A stretch of 64,000 bases of DNA from Acidobacteriota bacterium (GCA_965197285.1 OZ240092.1:3947337-4011336); one strand, 5' to 3'. Shown: positions 1 to 9,960, numbered from the stretch's first letter. The notes: generated by a model from the letters alone, not told the origin. Translations and numbers: made by a program.

Positions 1-1085
1 AGCGCTATTTCACGGCTGCACTGCACGCCTTACGCTATTTCGGAGAATGGTTTGGGCCCTATCCCTATGAGACCCTGACCATCGTGGACCCGGCTTTCCG
101 GAGCGACAGCGGGGGCATGGAGTATCCCATGCTGATCACTGGAAGAGCCTACTTCCTCACGCCTGAGACAGTTCTTTCTCCGGAGGCTGTGACGGTCCAC
201 GAGGTTGGACATCAGTGGTGGTATGGGATGGTCGCCAACAACGAGTTCGAAGAAGCCTGGCTGGATGAGGGGATCAACAGCTGGGCGGAAACTCGCGTCT
301 TGAGCCGCGCATACCCCCCGGCTTTGTACCATCGCCGTTTCTTTAAGGTAGTACCGATAGCTCTGGACGTCGAGCGGCCTTTTCTCTTCAACGGCCTTTC
401 CTCGTTGCGCGAGGCCGGGCATCTCGATCCCCTGACCAGGACCAGCTGGAGGATTCGCGACCGCAAGACCTACCGGGTCAACTCCTACACGAAGCCGGAG
501 CTCGTCCTGCGCACCCTGGAGCGGTACATGGGCGAAGAACTGTTCCTGAAATCGATGCGAGCTTACTTCCAGGGGTTCGCCTTCCGGCATCCCACCACCA
601 GCGACTTCCTGGCGACCTTCGATCGGGTGTCGGGGAACGACTGGGATTGGTTTTTCGATGAGACATTTCGCCGGTCAGACTTGGCTGATTACTCGATCTC
701 GGCCCTTCGATCCACCCTGATACCACCCGCCCGCGATTCTTCGGGGACGCCCACGCACTCAGAGGTCTTTCGATCGGAAGTGCTGGTGGAGCGAAAAGGA
801 GGCGTTCGGCTTCCGGTCTCGGTGCGGGTCGTGTTCGACGACGGGATCGAATTTCGGGAGTACTGGGACGGTGAGGATAAGTGGCAGCGCTTCAGTTACC
901 GCCGGCCGGCCAGAGTCACCCTGGCTGAGGTGGACCCCGACAACCTCCTGCTGATTGACACGAATCCTGCCAACAACAGCCGCAAGGGCACGCCTGAAGC
1001 GGTCTCGGCGGTAACTCTCAGATGGTCGGGGCGCTGGATGTTCTGGCTTCAAAACCTGCTTGAAACTTTGGCACTCGCGGGATGA
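1..1085 (+). CDS. M1-family zinc metallopeptidase (aminopeptidase N-like), 5' partial (runs off window start)
   Basis: HEVGHQWWYGMV...EAWLDEG gluzincin HEXXH-(18)-E motif; frame open from base 3 (…FGPYPYETLTIVDP…GMEYP typical of M1). Confidence 0.8.
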   Translation, partial: RYFTAALHALRYFGEWFGPYPYETLTIVDPAFRSDSGGMEYPMLITGRAYFLTPETVLSPEAVTVHEVGHQWWYGMVANNEFEEAWLDEGINSWAETRVLSRAYPPALYHRRFFKVVPIALDVERPFLFNGLSSLREAGHLDPLTRTSWRIRDRKTYRVNSYTKPELVLRTLERYMGEELFLKSMRAYFQGFAFRHPTTSDFLATFDRVSGNDWDWFFDETFRRSDLADYSISALRSTLIPPARDSSGTPTHSEVFRSEVLVERKGGVRLPVSVRVVFDDGIEFREYWDGEDKWQRFSYRRPARVTLAEVDPDNLLLIDTNPANNSRKGTPEAVSAVTLRWSGRWMFWLQNLLETLALAG

Positions 1086-1089
1086 TTCG

Positions 1090-2043
1090 ATGCTGAAGGC
1101 ACTCTCTCTCGGGCTGGCCACTCTCAGGCTCCACAAGAAGAGTATTGTCCTGCCTTACCTGGCAAATCTCCTGGTGGGACTGACCCTTGCCGTCCCTTTC
1201 GCTTTTCAATTTGAAGCGATGTTGGACGAGGGAGCGTACCACCAGCGCATGCTCGCCGGCATGGATTTCGTGTGGACGGAGTGGTTCCGAGACCAGGATA
1301 GCGGGCTGGGCTCGACCTTTGGCCCGACTCTGCTGGGGATGGCTCCTTTTCTCCATCACCTGGAGCTGATTCTCACCGGAGACCTGTTCCGTCTTCCGGT
1401 CCTGTTATTGACCGTAGGTCTGCTCTACCTGCTTGTGCACAGCTTCATGACGGCCTCCATCCTGGGATCCCTGGCCAATGATCCCGGAGGCACTACGGTC
1501 CGGGAGTTCTTGAAAAACGGCTCCGAGTTCTTCGGACGGATATTGAGGGTGCGACTCCTGTCACTGTCGGTGCTGGCTCTGGGGGTCTGGCTAATCGGAC
1601 TGCCCATGGGAGAATGGGCCGTCCATCTGGCCCTGACCGCGCCGACGGATCGCCGGGCTTTTGGAATTGCAGTCGGATTTCAAGGCCTTGTCCTGGTTGT
1701 TCTTTTGTGCCTCAAACTGCTTTCCGACTACGCCAAGATCACGGTTGCGCAGCAGGACCGGAGCTCGGTCTTCCTGGCTTACCTCTCGGCCCTCGGCTTC
1801 TGTCTCTCCAACTTTCTGCCCGCGGCAGGACTTTATCTGTCCCTGGTCGCGGCCGGCGTTGTATGGGCTCTGCTGCACACGGGCCTGGATTCGCTGATGC
1901 CGCAGGCCTCAGCATTGGGGATCCTGAGCGGCCTCCTTCTGCAACAGGTCTACATTGGAGGGAGGCTAGCGGTGCGGGCCTGCTTCCTGTGCTCGCAGTC
2001 CCATTTCTTTCTCCAGCGAGAGCGCCTCTCGAGGCGGGGGTAA
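1090..2043 (+). CDS. multi-pass membrane protein, unknown function (alternative start 1060)
   Basis: long ORF, several hydrophobic helices, start overlaps stop of upstream gene (operon-like). Confidence 0.5.
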   Translation: MLKALSLGLATLRLHKKSIVLPYLANLLVGLTLAVPFAFQFEAMLDEGAYHQRMLAGMDFVWTEWFRDQDSGLGSTFGPTLLGMAPFLHHLELILTGDLFRLPVLLLTVGLLYLLVHSFMTASILGSLANDPGGTTVREFLKNGSEFFGRILRVRLLSLSVLALGVWLIGLPMGEWAVHLALTAPTDRRAFGIAVGFQGLVLVVLLCLKLLSDYAKITVAQQDRSSVFLAYLSALGFCLSNFLPAAGLYLSLVAAGVVWALLHTGLDSLMPQASALGILSGLLLQQVYIGGRLAVRACFLCSQSHFFLQRERLSRRG

Positions 2044-2095
2044 TAAGCTCGGACAGTTTCCAAAGTTGTTGCCGGTTGTCAAACTACCGAGTAGA

Positions 2096-2164
2096 GAGTG
2101 GGAGGGGGCTCAGGGCAGCGCGACGTTTAAATTCCCGAGCGCGGCCCTGAGCCTCCTCCCGCTC
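2096..2164. repeat. GC-rich palindromic REP-like element, A-type, TTTAAA centre (copy 1)
   Basis: GAGTGGGAGG..GCTCAGGGC....TTTAAA....GCCCTGAGCC..CTCCCRCTC dyad; near-identical inverted copy at 3263-3331. Confidence 0.7.
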
Positions 2165-2301
2165 TCGGCTCCCCCGGGCAGCTTCCGCGCTGCTGCGCAG
2201 TCACTGTCGTTCCTGGGAGAGCGGCCTGTCGGCCGCTGGCTTTCACTTCCCTGGTTTCCCCAACGACGAAATGGGGCAGGCGTTAGAATGGAGGCTGGTA
2301 C

Positions 2302-3240
2302 TTGTCAATGTGTAAGACCGTCCTCGGCGCTATCCTTCTTGCTGCCGCTCTGGTCCCGTCGAATCCCGGGGTCCGGGGTGAAGACCAGACTTCGCTGTCC
2401 CAACTCAGGTCGAGGGCGCAGGCGGCCATGCAGGCGCGCCGCTTCAGCGAGGCGACCCGCCTGCTGACAAGCATTACAGAACACGATCCGGAGGATGGGG
2501 AGGCCTGGCTCAGGCTGGGCCTCTGTCACCTCAAGCGTCTGCGCTACAAGAGGGCCATTGAGGCACTCCAGCAGGCCTTTCACCTGGATCATGAGCCGGC
2601 GGAAACCAGCTTCCGGATCGCCTTCGCCTACGCCCGGCGAAGGCACGACAAAAAGGCCCTCGAATGGCTGGAGACGTCCGCCGGGCTCGGTTTCAATCGT
2701 CTATCGGAAGCCCGAACATCGAGTGCGTTTCTGGCCTTGCGCGATGCGCCCGAGTTCGATCGGATTCTTCTGATGATCGAGAAAAACCAGAATCCATGCG
2801 AACATTCGGCCGGACACAACCAGCTCGATTTCTGGCTGGGAGATTGGGAGGTCTACACTCCGGCTGGAAGTAAAGCTGGAGAGAATCGCATTGAGAAGAC
2901 TGCGGGTGGCTGCCTGCTTCTCGAAGACTGGAAGTCGGTCAGCGGCGGGACCGGGCGAAGCATGACCTTTTACCATGCCGGGCGCGACAAGTGGCGTCAG
3001 GTGTGGGTCGACCGCGGAGGCTCGACAATCGAGGCCGAAGGAAGCTTCACCCACGGAAAGCTGCGTCTGGAGGGCGTCCACACCCGGATGGGCGGTGGAT
3101 CGGAGAAATGTGTCATCACTCTCGAATTGCTCCCGGACGGACGCGTCCACCAGAAGATTGAACAGTCGCCCGATGGGACCAACTGGTACGTCTGGTTCGA
3201 GGGAATGTACGTGCGGCCCCGCGACGAGGCTGACCCTTGA
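2302..3240 (+). CDS. secreted TPR-repeat protein (signal peptide, ATG alternative at 2308)
   Basis: N-terminal hydrophobic signal; TPR-like helices (EAWLRLGLCHLKRLRYKRAIEALQQAF). Confidence 0.6.
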   Translation: MSMCKTVLGAILLAAALVPSNPGVRGEDQTSLSQLRSRAQAAMQARRFSEATRLLTSITEHDPEDGEAWLRLGLCHLKRLRYKRAIEALQQAFHLDHEPAETSFRIAFAYARRRHDKKALEWLETSAGLGFNRLSEARTSSAFLALRDAPEFDRILLMIEKNQNPCEHSAGHNQLDFWLGDWEVYTPAGSKAGENRIEKTAGGCLLLEDWKSVSGGTGRSMTFYHAGRDKWRQVWVDRGGSTIEAEGSFTHGKLRLEGVHTRMGGGSEKCVITLELLPDGRVHQKIEQSPDGTNWYVWFEGMYVRPRDEADP

Positions 3241-3262
3241 TTGTTCGCGTGAAGTTAAAGAA

Positions 3263-3331
3263 GAGTGGGAGGAGGCTCAGGGCCGCGCTCGGGAATTTAA
3301 ACGTCGCGCTGCCCTGAGCCTCCTCCCACTC
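3263..3331. repeat. GC-rich palindromic REP-like element, A-type (copy 2, inverted relative to copy 1)
   Basis: reverse complement of 2096-2164; sits between convergent gene ends. Confidence 0.7.
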
Positions 3332-3384
3332 TTTCGTCATGGTCAATCTCGCCCGGTCGCCGCTGATTCCTGCCTCTTGGACGG

Positions 3385-5883
3385 TCACCCTTCAATCAAC
3401 TGTCTGACGGCCGCCTCCAGACGGGCTGCCAGCTGATCCGGAGTTTCTCCTTCTTCAAGTTGCAGAGGCTCTCCAAAGGCAACTCGAACCGGCCCCCGCC
3501 GCGGCCAGGAATCGTGAAGCGACAGGCTCTCGAACGTGCCCTGGATGCCGACCGGGACGACGGGGACATCCAGTTCTCGCGCCAGCAGGCCTACGCCGCT
3601 CTTGAAGGACTGCACTCGGCCGTCCGGGCTACGTTTCCCTTCCGGGTAGATCAGAATGCAAAGCCCTCCTTCCGCCAGTTCTCCGGCGTAGCGGAGGGTG
3701 TCCCCGAACCCACCCAGCCGCTGAGGCAAGGGAAACGCACCAAACAGGAGGCACGCCAGGGCGAACTTGCCGGCTGCCGAGAGTCTATCCCCAAGCGATG
3801 AGGTGGCGCTCCAGCAGGCCTCGAAGTATTCCTTCCTGACCGCCGGAGCGATCCGTAATCTCCAGCCCGCCGGCACCGCCGCGAGGACCGCAGCCGTGTC
3901 CAGGTGGCTGCAGTGATTGGCGGCAAACATGAGCGGGGGATCCAGGCTCCCGAGAGCACCCAGTCCGCGAATCTCGAGATCCATCAGGAGGCGAAAGAAC
4001 GGGCTCGCGACCAGATTCAGGAAGGCCCATCGCAACCCGCGGCCGGGAAGGCTCCGAGAGAGGCGGGGTACCCGGTTGTGACTCTCCTTCGCCCCCGAGC
4101 CCGGGCCGCCCGCCCCGGCTTTCCGGATCAAATCCTGAAGATCCTCCACGGTGCGAGCTTCCGAGATGGCCGTTTCCGTGATGCTGACACCAAAGCGGTC
4201 CTCCATCCGGCCCAGCAGCTCCACACGATCCAGTGAGGACAAACCGAGGTCTTCGTCCAGGCGACCGCCCTCGACAGCTCCATGGCCTGGAAGCAGTTGC
4301 TCCAGAGGGTCCTCGATCCGGCGGGGCCCGGAAGAAGCTCCGCGAATCTCTTCGGCCACGCGGTGACGTCTGATCTTCCCGGTGGACGAGGTTCGCGGAA
4401 AGTCGTCCTCCGACCACACCGACCAGCTTCGGATTCTTTGATGTTCCAGCAATTGCAGATTGGCGCAGGCAACGTGTTCACGCGCAGGCACCGATCCATC
4501 CTCAAGGATCAGCGCGGCGTGCACGATTTCCTCCCCGGGGCTGGGCCGTTGTGCCACCACGGCACTGTCGCGCACTCCCTCGAGCCGATTCAAAACGCCT
4601 TCGATGTCTTCCGGGTAGACATTCAGACCGGAGGAGGTCACGATGACGTCCTTTTTTCGACCCAGAAAGTAGAGACGTCCCTGCTCGTCCAGGCGGCCGA
4701 TGTCGCCGGTGTGGAGCCACCCCTCCCGGAGCAGTTTTTCCGTTCGGCCCCCGGGCCCGAGCCGCTCCGAGGCCACGCTGGGCCCACGCACCAGGATCTC
4801 TCCGTCGGGGGCCAGCTCGACTTCCTGGCCCGGGACCGCTTCACCCAGTGCTCCAGGCCGGGAACGGAAGGGATGATTCACGGCTACGACAGGGCTGCTC
4901 TCCGTGAGCCCGTAGCCTTGAACGACCACGAATCCCAGTTCTTTCCAGAACTCTTCGAGCTCCTTTTCAACCGCCGCCCCACCGACGACAAACGCCCAGA
5001 ACTTGAAACCGACTCTGCGGTGAAACGATCGGTGCCGCCACCACCGGGCCGCCACCGCGGCCCAGCCTCTGGTGCCCGCTGCAATCGGTGGCCGGGTGGC
5101 TCCGGCGATCTCGTCGTGCAGCCCCCTCAGCATCCTGGGAACCAGGCAGACGACCGACACCCGGTGGTCGCGAATCGTGCTCAACACCACCCTGGGGCTG
5201 TGGCGGCGGCTCAAGACGACCGATCCTCCCAGCAGAACAGGAATGAAGAGCCCGATGGCCTGGCCGAACATATGGCTGAGAGGCAGGAGGTTGAGGATTC
5301 TCACAGGCTGAAACGGCCATGCCATCCATCGGTAGCGCCGGATCTCGAGGCGAAAGGGTTCCAGGTTCGAGCAGATGTTGCGGTGGCGATGGATCACACC
5401 GGACGGTCGGCCGGTGGTCCCGGAGGTGAAAAGGATCTGAACGGGCTGCTCCGGATCGAGGCTCTGAGGCGACGGCGGCTCAGGGTAGCGGTCGCGGCTG
5501 ACTCGCGTGAGGCGCTCTCTATTCGGCCAGGGAGCCGCATCAGTTTCTTCGCCGTGCAAAAGCAGGTCGGCCCCAACCTGCTCGAGAACGCGCCCGATCA
5601 TCTCGACCGTGCTGCGACTGTCCAGGGGCACGACCTGGACTCCGCTGAGCACACACGCCCAGAAGGCAAAGACCCATTCAGGACGGTTTTCCGACCATAG
5701 AATCACGCGGCTCCCGGCGCCCAGATCCCGGGAGACAAGATATCCCTGGAAGACTCGGATTCGGTCCAGCAGCTCTCGATAGGAAAAATGAAAAGTCCGA
5801 AATCCGTTGTCGTAGCGCAGCGCCTCCCTGTTCCCCAGGCGCTCCATTTCCGGAACCAGGTCAGCCAGTGTGGACAGAGCCAT
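3385..5883 (-). CDS. tri-domain fusion: AMP-dependent acyl-CoA/acyl-ACP synthetase + acyl-carrier (PP-binding) domain + PlsC-type lysophospholipid acyltransferase
   Basis: FTSGTTGRPSGV AMP-binding motif; DLGLSSLDRVELLGRMEDRFG carrier motif with Ser; NHCSHLD (HX4D) and IYPEGKRSPDG LPLAT motifs. Confidence 0.85.
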   Translation of the reverse strand: MALSTLADLVPEMERLGNREALRYDNGFRTFHFSYRELLDRIRVFQGYLVSRDLGAGSRVILWSENRPEWVFAFWACVLSGVQVVPLDSRSTVEMIGRVLEQVGADLLLHGEETDAAPWPNRERLTRVSRDRYPEPPSPQSLDPEQPVQILFTSGTTGRPSGVIHRHRNICSNLEPFRLEIRRYRWMAWPFQPVRILNLLPLSHMFGQAIGLFIPVLLGGSVVLSRRHSPRVVLSTIRDHRVSVVCLVPRMLRGLHDEIAGATRPPIAAGTRGWAAVAARWWRHRSFHRRVGFKFWAFVVGGAAVEKELEEFWKELGFVVVQGYGLTESSPVVAVNHPFRSRPGALGEAVPGQEVELAPDGEILVRGPSVASERLGPGGRTEKLLREGWLHTGDIGRLDEQGRLYFLGRKKDVIVTSSGLNVYPEDIEGVLNRLEGVRDSAVVAQRPSPGEEIVHAALILEDGSVPAREHVACANLQLLEHQRIRSWSVWSEDDFPRTSSTGKIRRHRVAEEIRGASSGPRRIEDPLEQLLPGHGAVEGGRLDEDLGLSSLDRVELLGRMEDRFGVSITETAISEARTVEDLQDLIRKAGAGGPGSGAKESHNRVPRLSRSLPGRGLRWAFLNLVASPFFRLLMDLEIRGLGALGSLDPPLMFAANHCSHLDTAAVLAAVPAGWRLRIAPAVRKEYFEACWSATSSLGDRLSAAGKFALACLLFGAFPLPQRLGGFGDTLRYAGELAEGGLCILIYPEGKRSPDGRVQSFKSGVGLLARELDVPVVPVGIQGTFESLSLHDSWPRRGPVRVAFGEPLQLEEGETPDQLAARLEAAVRQLIEG

Positions 5884-5913
5884 GGGTCACGCGATCGGAA
5901 ACTGACATCCGCC

Positions 5914-6396
5914 CTACCAGTCTTTCTCCCCGATGGGCATGCCGTCCTCCAGATACCAGGTGTCCTCGGCGTATTTCCTGGCCACAAACAGAAAGAGTTG
6001 ACGCTTGGCGTCGGCCTCGGCCAGTGGGACCTGGACGCTCAACCTGAGTTTCGCACCGGTGGCGGGAGCGCTGGCACCGTCCAGCACGTACCCCTTCACG
6101 TTGAGCTGTTCAACTCCCCACCATCCCTGGGTATTGTGCCCCTGCTCGAAAGTCGCGACCGGAACATCGAGCAGCGATTCATTCTCGATCAACTCGAGTT
6201 TCGCGCCGGTCAGCTCGCCGTCGGCACATCCGATTCCCAGACGGTAGGCTTCCCCGGCCGAGAAAGAGCCGAAAGTGACGATCATGTAAACGGTGTCATC
6301 TTTGGTTCGGATCACCGGACTATCCATAGAGGCCCGCTGTCCAAACGAGGAGCCGCAGAGGGCTATGAAAATGAGCCATGCCGCCGATCTCGTCAT
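5914..6396 (-). CDS. small secreted protein, unknown function
   Basis: signal-peptide-like N-terminus (WLIFIALCGSSFG); no recognisable motif. Confidence 0.45.
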   Translation of the reverse strand: MTRSAAWLIFIALCGSSFGQRASMDSPVIRTKDDTVYMIVTFGSFSAGEAYRLGIGCADGELTGAKLELIENESLLDVPVATFEQGHNTQGWWGVEQLNVKGYVLDGASAPATGAKLRLSVQVPLAEADAKRQLFLFVARKYAEDTWYLEDGMPIGEKDW

Positions 6397-6638
6397 TGGA
6401 ATCCCTTTCGATTTCTCCCGCTCCGGAAATTGTAGCTCTAACCGCCCCGCGCGGCAATGGCACTCGCCGGAACGGCTCTAGTGCACTGTCCGGAAAGTTC
6501 GCGCCGCTACTTCGGGCGTCTTTTCGCCGACAGCTTTGTTGCGCTTCCTCGAAAGACGCCCGGCCTTCCTGCGTCGCGCGCCTCACTGTCAACGAAAATC
6601 CATCCCGAATTAACACCACGAACTTCCCGGACAGTACA

Positions 6639-7355
6639 CTAGCCCAGCTCTCGAAATACTCTCTCAGGATGGTTGGAGATGATCCCATCGACGCCCAGGT
6701 CGATCATTCTCCGGATCTGGCGAGGTGCGTCGACGGTCCAGACAAAGACTTCAATGCCGTCGCGATGGGCATCCCGAATCACGACATCGCTGGCCAGCTT
6801 CCGCGACAAGGCCAGGTAGCCAGCCCCCGCACGGTTGGCTCCTCCAACGTAGTCAGGTGGGGCCGTTTTGTACAGCGCCGCATACCGCAGTCCCGGTGCC
6901 AGGCCATGCAGATGCCGGACTGCCTCGAGATCGAAGCTTTGAAGGATGCAGCGCGATCCCATTTCAGCCTGAAGAATCTCCTCAACCACGCGTCGGCAAC
7001 CCTGCATCAGCAGATCACTTTCCTTTAACTCGATCAACAGATCCACCGGGCTGGGGCGCACCTGCTCCAGAACCTGGCCCAGCGAGGGAACCCGCTCGCG
7101 CTCGAAGGCGGAATCAAACCAGGAGCCCGCCGCCCACTGTCTGATCTCGCGAAAGCTCAGTTGGCTGACCCTTCCCTTGCCACTGGTGGTTCGATCGAGC
7201 GTGGGATCATGGATGACCGCCGGCTGCAGGTCGCGAGTAAACTGGATGTCGAGCTCAATCAGATCGCACCCGCGTTCAATGGCCAGCTGAAAAGCTGCTA
7301 AAGTATTCTCCGGAGCGGCCCCCGAACAACCACGGTGGGCGATGACCTTGACCAC
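6639..7355 (-). CDS. glycerophosphodiester phosphodiesterase (GDPD family)
   Basis: VIAHRGCSGAAPENTLAAF...ELDIQFTRD GDPD signature. Confidence 0.8.
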   Translation of the reverse strand: MVKVIAHRGCSGAAPENTLAAFQLAIERGCDLIELDIQFTRDLQPAVIHDPTLDRTTSGKGRVSQLSFREIRQWAAGSWFDSAFERERVPSLGQVLEQVRPSPVDLLIELKESDLLMQGCRRVVEEILQAEMGSRCILQSFDLEAVRHLHGLAPGLRYAALYKTAPPDYVGGANRAGAGYLALSRKLASDVVIRDAHRDGIEVFVWTVDAPRQIRRMIDLGVDGIISNHPERVFRELG

Positions 7356-7387
7356 GGTCTATCATTGTAGGTCGGAGGAACAACACC

Positions 7388-8359
7388 ATGAAAGCGATTC
7401 AGATCAGCAGCTTTGGAGGGCCGGAGGTTCTAGAACCGGTGTCGGTTTCCTCCCCATCTCCCGGACCATCCGAAGTTCTCGTCCGACTTGACGCCGCAGG
7501 AGTCAATTTCATCGACACTTACCACCGGACCGGAGCCTATCCCGCCGAGCTTCCATTCATTCCGGGAGTGGAAGGGGGCGGAACGGTGGCCGAGGTTGGA
7601 TCGGAGGTGGATGGGGTTAAGGAGGGAGATCGCGTGACGTACAGCATGAACCTCGGCTCCTATGCGGAATGGGCAACGGTCCAGGCTGCTCACCTGCTGC
7701 CGGTGCCGGACGGTGTGGATATGGGCTCGGCGGTGGCGGCCACGGTTCAGGGGTTGACCGCCCACTACCTGGCCCGCTCTACTTATCGGCTGACTGCGGA
7801 ATCGGCCGCGCTTGTCCACGCCGCAGCCGGAGGAGTGGGTAGGCTGCTGGTCCAGATGGCACGCGCAGTGGGTGCCGAAGTCTTTGCGACAGTGGGGAGT
7901 GAGGCAAAGGTAGAGATCGCTCGCGGCGCCGGTGCCCAGCACGTAATCAACTACAGCCGGGAGGACTTCGTAAAGCGTGTGCTCGACGGCACGGATGGTC
8001 GAGGCGTAGATGTCGTGTACGATTCGGTTGGGCGTGATACCTTTCAGAATAGTCTGAAGTGTGTTCGGCCGCGTGGCCTGCTTTGCCTGTTTGGCCAGAG
8101 CAGTGGAGCGGTTGAAGCGGTGGACCCGCAGGTGCTCAGTGCCGCAGGCTCCGCCTTCCTGACACGACCCTCTCTGGCCCATTATTCCGCCTCGCGGGAA
8201 GAGCTTCTGGAAAGGGGACGAGAGGTGTACCGGTGGATGAAGGAGGGAGCCGTGTCGGTGCGAATCGACCGGACCTTCCCGCTGCAGGAAGCGGCCGACG
8301 CCCACCGAGCCCTGGAGAGTCGTGCAACTATGGGAAAGATTCTGCTTCTCAACGAGTAG
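7388..8359 (+). CDS. NADPH:quinone oxidoreductase / zinc-type alcohol dehydrogenase-like (MDR superfamily)
   Basis: N-terminal GroES-like fold plus AAAGGVG Rossmann motif; 323 aa, typical Qor length. Confidence 0.8.
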   Translation: MKAIQISSFGGPEVLEPVSVSSPSPGPSEVLVRLDAAGVNFIDTYHRTGAYPAELPFIPGVEGGGTVAEVGSEVDGVKEGDRVTYSMNLGSYAEWATVQAAHLLPVPDGVDMGSAVAATVQGLTAHYLARSTYRLTAESAALVHAAAGGVGRLLVQMARAVGAEVFATVGSEAKVEIARGAGAQHVINYSREDFVKRVLDGTDGRGVDVVYDSVGRDTFQNSLKCVRPRGLLCLFGQSSGAVEAVDPQVLSAAGSAFLTRPSLAHYSASREELLERGREVYRWMKEGAVSVRIDRTFPLQEAADAHRALESRATMGKILLLNE

Positions 8360-8374
8360 ACCGGATAGGAAGCC

Positions 8375-9310
8375 ATGAAGCATCGGTTCGTCCTTGTGTG
8401 CATCGTTGTCCTGGGCGTGAGCTGCGGCTCGCTGTTCTCCCAGGAGACCGAGAAGAGGATCGCGCTAACCTTTGAGTACGTGCCGTTCATGAAACCGATG
8501 GGATTCTATCGGGCCCGTGAACTGAGCAACTTGATCCTTCGGAACCTGAAGCAGGAGAACATTCAGGCCGCGGGGTTCGTCGTTCAATCCAAGGTCGAGG
8601 ATGATCCTTCGACCTATGTAATACTGGATGATTGGGCCGCCCAGGGGCACGTCCTGGGCAACCAGACGTGGGGCGACGCCGACTACAACGAACTGGAACA
8701 CCGCTACTTCTTCGAGCACGTTCGTGACGGGCAGAAACACCTGCGCACTATTGCGCTCGCCCATCCCCTCAACTACCGGTTTTTGCGTTTTCCCTACCTG
8801 CACGAGGGGGACACTCCAAAGAAGAAAAAGCGCATTCGAAAAGATCTCGATCGCGGCAATTATCGAATCGCCCACGTCTCGGTCAAAACCGCGGTTAATT
8901 TCTTCAACCGTCCCTTTGTGCGTTCCCAAACCGAGCACCCTGAAAAACTGGAACCCTTGAAGAAGAAGTACCTCGGCCACGTGATGGCCTCGCTCGACTA
9001 CGCGGAGAAGCAGAGTCAAGCGGTCTTCGGGCGCAACATTCCCCATGTCCTGCAACTGCATATGGGAGTCGCCACGTCGCTGATGATCAAGCCTTTGATC
9101 GAGGCCCTGAAGTCCAGGGGCTACGGTTTTGTCAGCCTGGTCGACGCGCTCGACGATCCTGCTTACAGCACGACGGAGGAGTATGTGGGTCCTCTGGGTC
9201 TGACTTTTACCGATCGAGTCGCTTTTACCAGAGGCCTGTCCTTTGATGCGGGCTCAGGAGTTGACTCCGGCGGGCTCGAAAAGGATCTGGAAGCCTTCCT
9301 GGAGCGGTAA
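8375..9310 (+). CDS. NodB-like polysaccharide deacetylase family protein, probably catalytically divergent; signal peptide
   Basis: GHVLGNQTW and RFPYLHEG resemble NodB motifs 2/3, but motif 1 is TFEYV (not TFDDG) and the second His is Gln. Confidence 0.5.
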   Translation: MKHRFVLVCIVVLGVSCGSLFSQETEKRIALTFEYVPFMKPMGFYRARELSNLILRNLKQENIQAAGFVVQSKVEDDPSTYVILDDWAAQGHVLGNQTWGDADYNELEHRYFFEHVRDGQKHLRTIALAHPLNYRFLRFPYLHEGDTPKKKKRIRKDLDRGNYRIAHVSVKTAVNFFNRPFVRSQTEHPEKLEPLKKKYLGHVMASLDYAEKQSQAVFGRNIPHVLQLHMGVATSLMIKPLIEALKSRGYGFVSLVDALDDPAYSTTEEYVGPLGLTFTDRVAFTRGLSFDAGSGVDSGGLEKDLEAFLER

Positions 9311-9332
9311 TCACGGCTGCACTGACCGTGAA

Positions 9333-9947
9333 TCACGACGGATCGGGCACAGCCATCGCCGCCACTTCCCGGTATCGAGGGCAGTCGGTTGTGTGATCGT
9401 TGACCATCCCCACGGCCTGCATCATCGCATAGCAAATGGTGGATCCGGCAAACTTGAAGCCGCGGCGGCGCAATTCCCCGCTCAGTCGATCCGACTCCGG
9501 ACTCGTGACCGGCAGCTCGCGGAGGTGTTTCCAGGAATTCTGGATCGGCCTGTTGTCGACAAAACTCCATAGAAACTTCGCGAATTCGCCGAATTCTTCC
9601 TGAACCTGAAGGAAGGCTCGTGCATTCGTAATTGCCGACCTGATCTTCAACTGGTTGCGGATGATGCCGGGATTGGCGAGCAGCCGCTGCACGTCCTCTT
9701 GGGTGTAGGCGGCAACCCGGGCGGGGTCGAAGTGATCGAATGCCTTCCTGTAATTCTCCCTCTTTCGCAGGACTGTCAACCAGCTCAACCCGGCCTGGGC
9801 CCCATCCAGCGTAAGGGCCTCGAAGAGCAGCCGGTCATCGCGCACCGGCACTCCCCACTCCGTATCGTGATATTCCTCATACAACGGATCGGAACTCACC
9901 CAGGCGCAGCGGACGACCCGCTGGGGACTTCCGGTTGGCTCAATCAT
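9333..9947 (-). CDS. tag: DNA-3-methyladenine glycosylase I
   Basis: EYHDTEWGVP and Cys/His zinc site typical of Tag. Confidence 0.9.
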   Translation of the reverse strand: MIEPTGSPQRVVRCAWVSSDPLYEEYHDTEWGVPVRDDRLLFEALTLDGAQAGLSWLTVLRKRENYRKAFDHFDPARVAAYTQEDVQRLLANPGIIRNQLKIRSAITNARAFLQVQEEFGEFAKFLWSFVDNRPIQNSWKHLRELPVTSPESDRLSGELRRRGFKFAGSTICYAMMQAVGMVNDHTTDCPRYREVAAMAVPDPS

Positions 9948-9960
9948 GCTGATGTCGTCC

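Noticed and set aside
2066-3436. Several short ORFs translating …EWEEAQGSATFKFPSAALSLLPL… (2066-2467, 3116-3388, 2975-3436)
   Set aside because: They are read-through translations of the GC-rich palindromic repeat. The identical peptide appearing on both strands is a repeat artefact, not a gene.
4282-5700. 472-aa ORF on the + strand
   Set aside because: It lies entirely antisense to the motif-rich tri-domain ligase gene. It is Arg/Pro/Gly-rich with no motifs, the typical high-GC antisense artefact.
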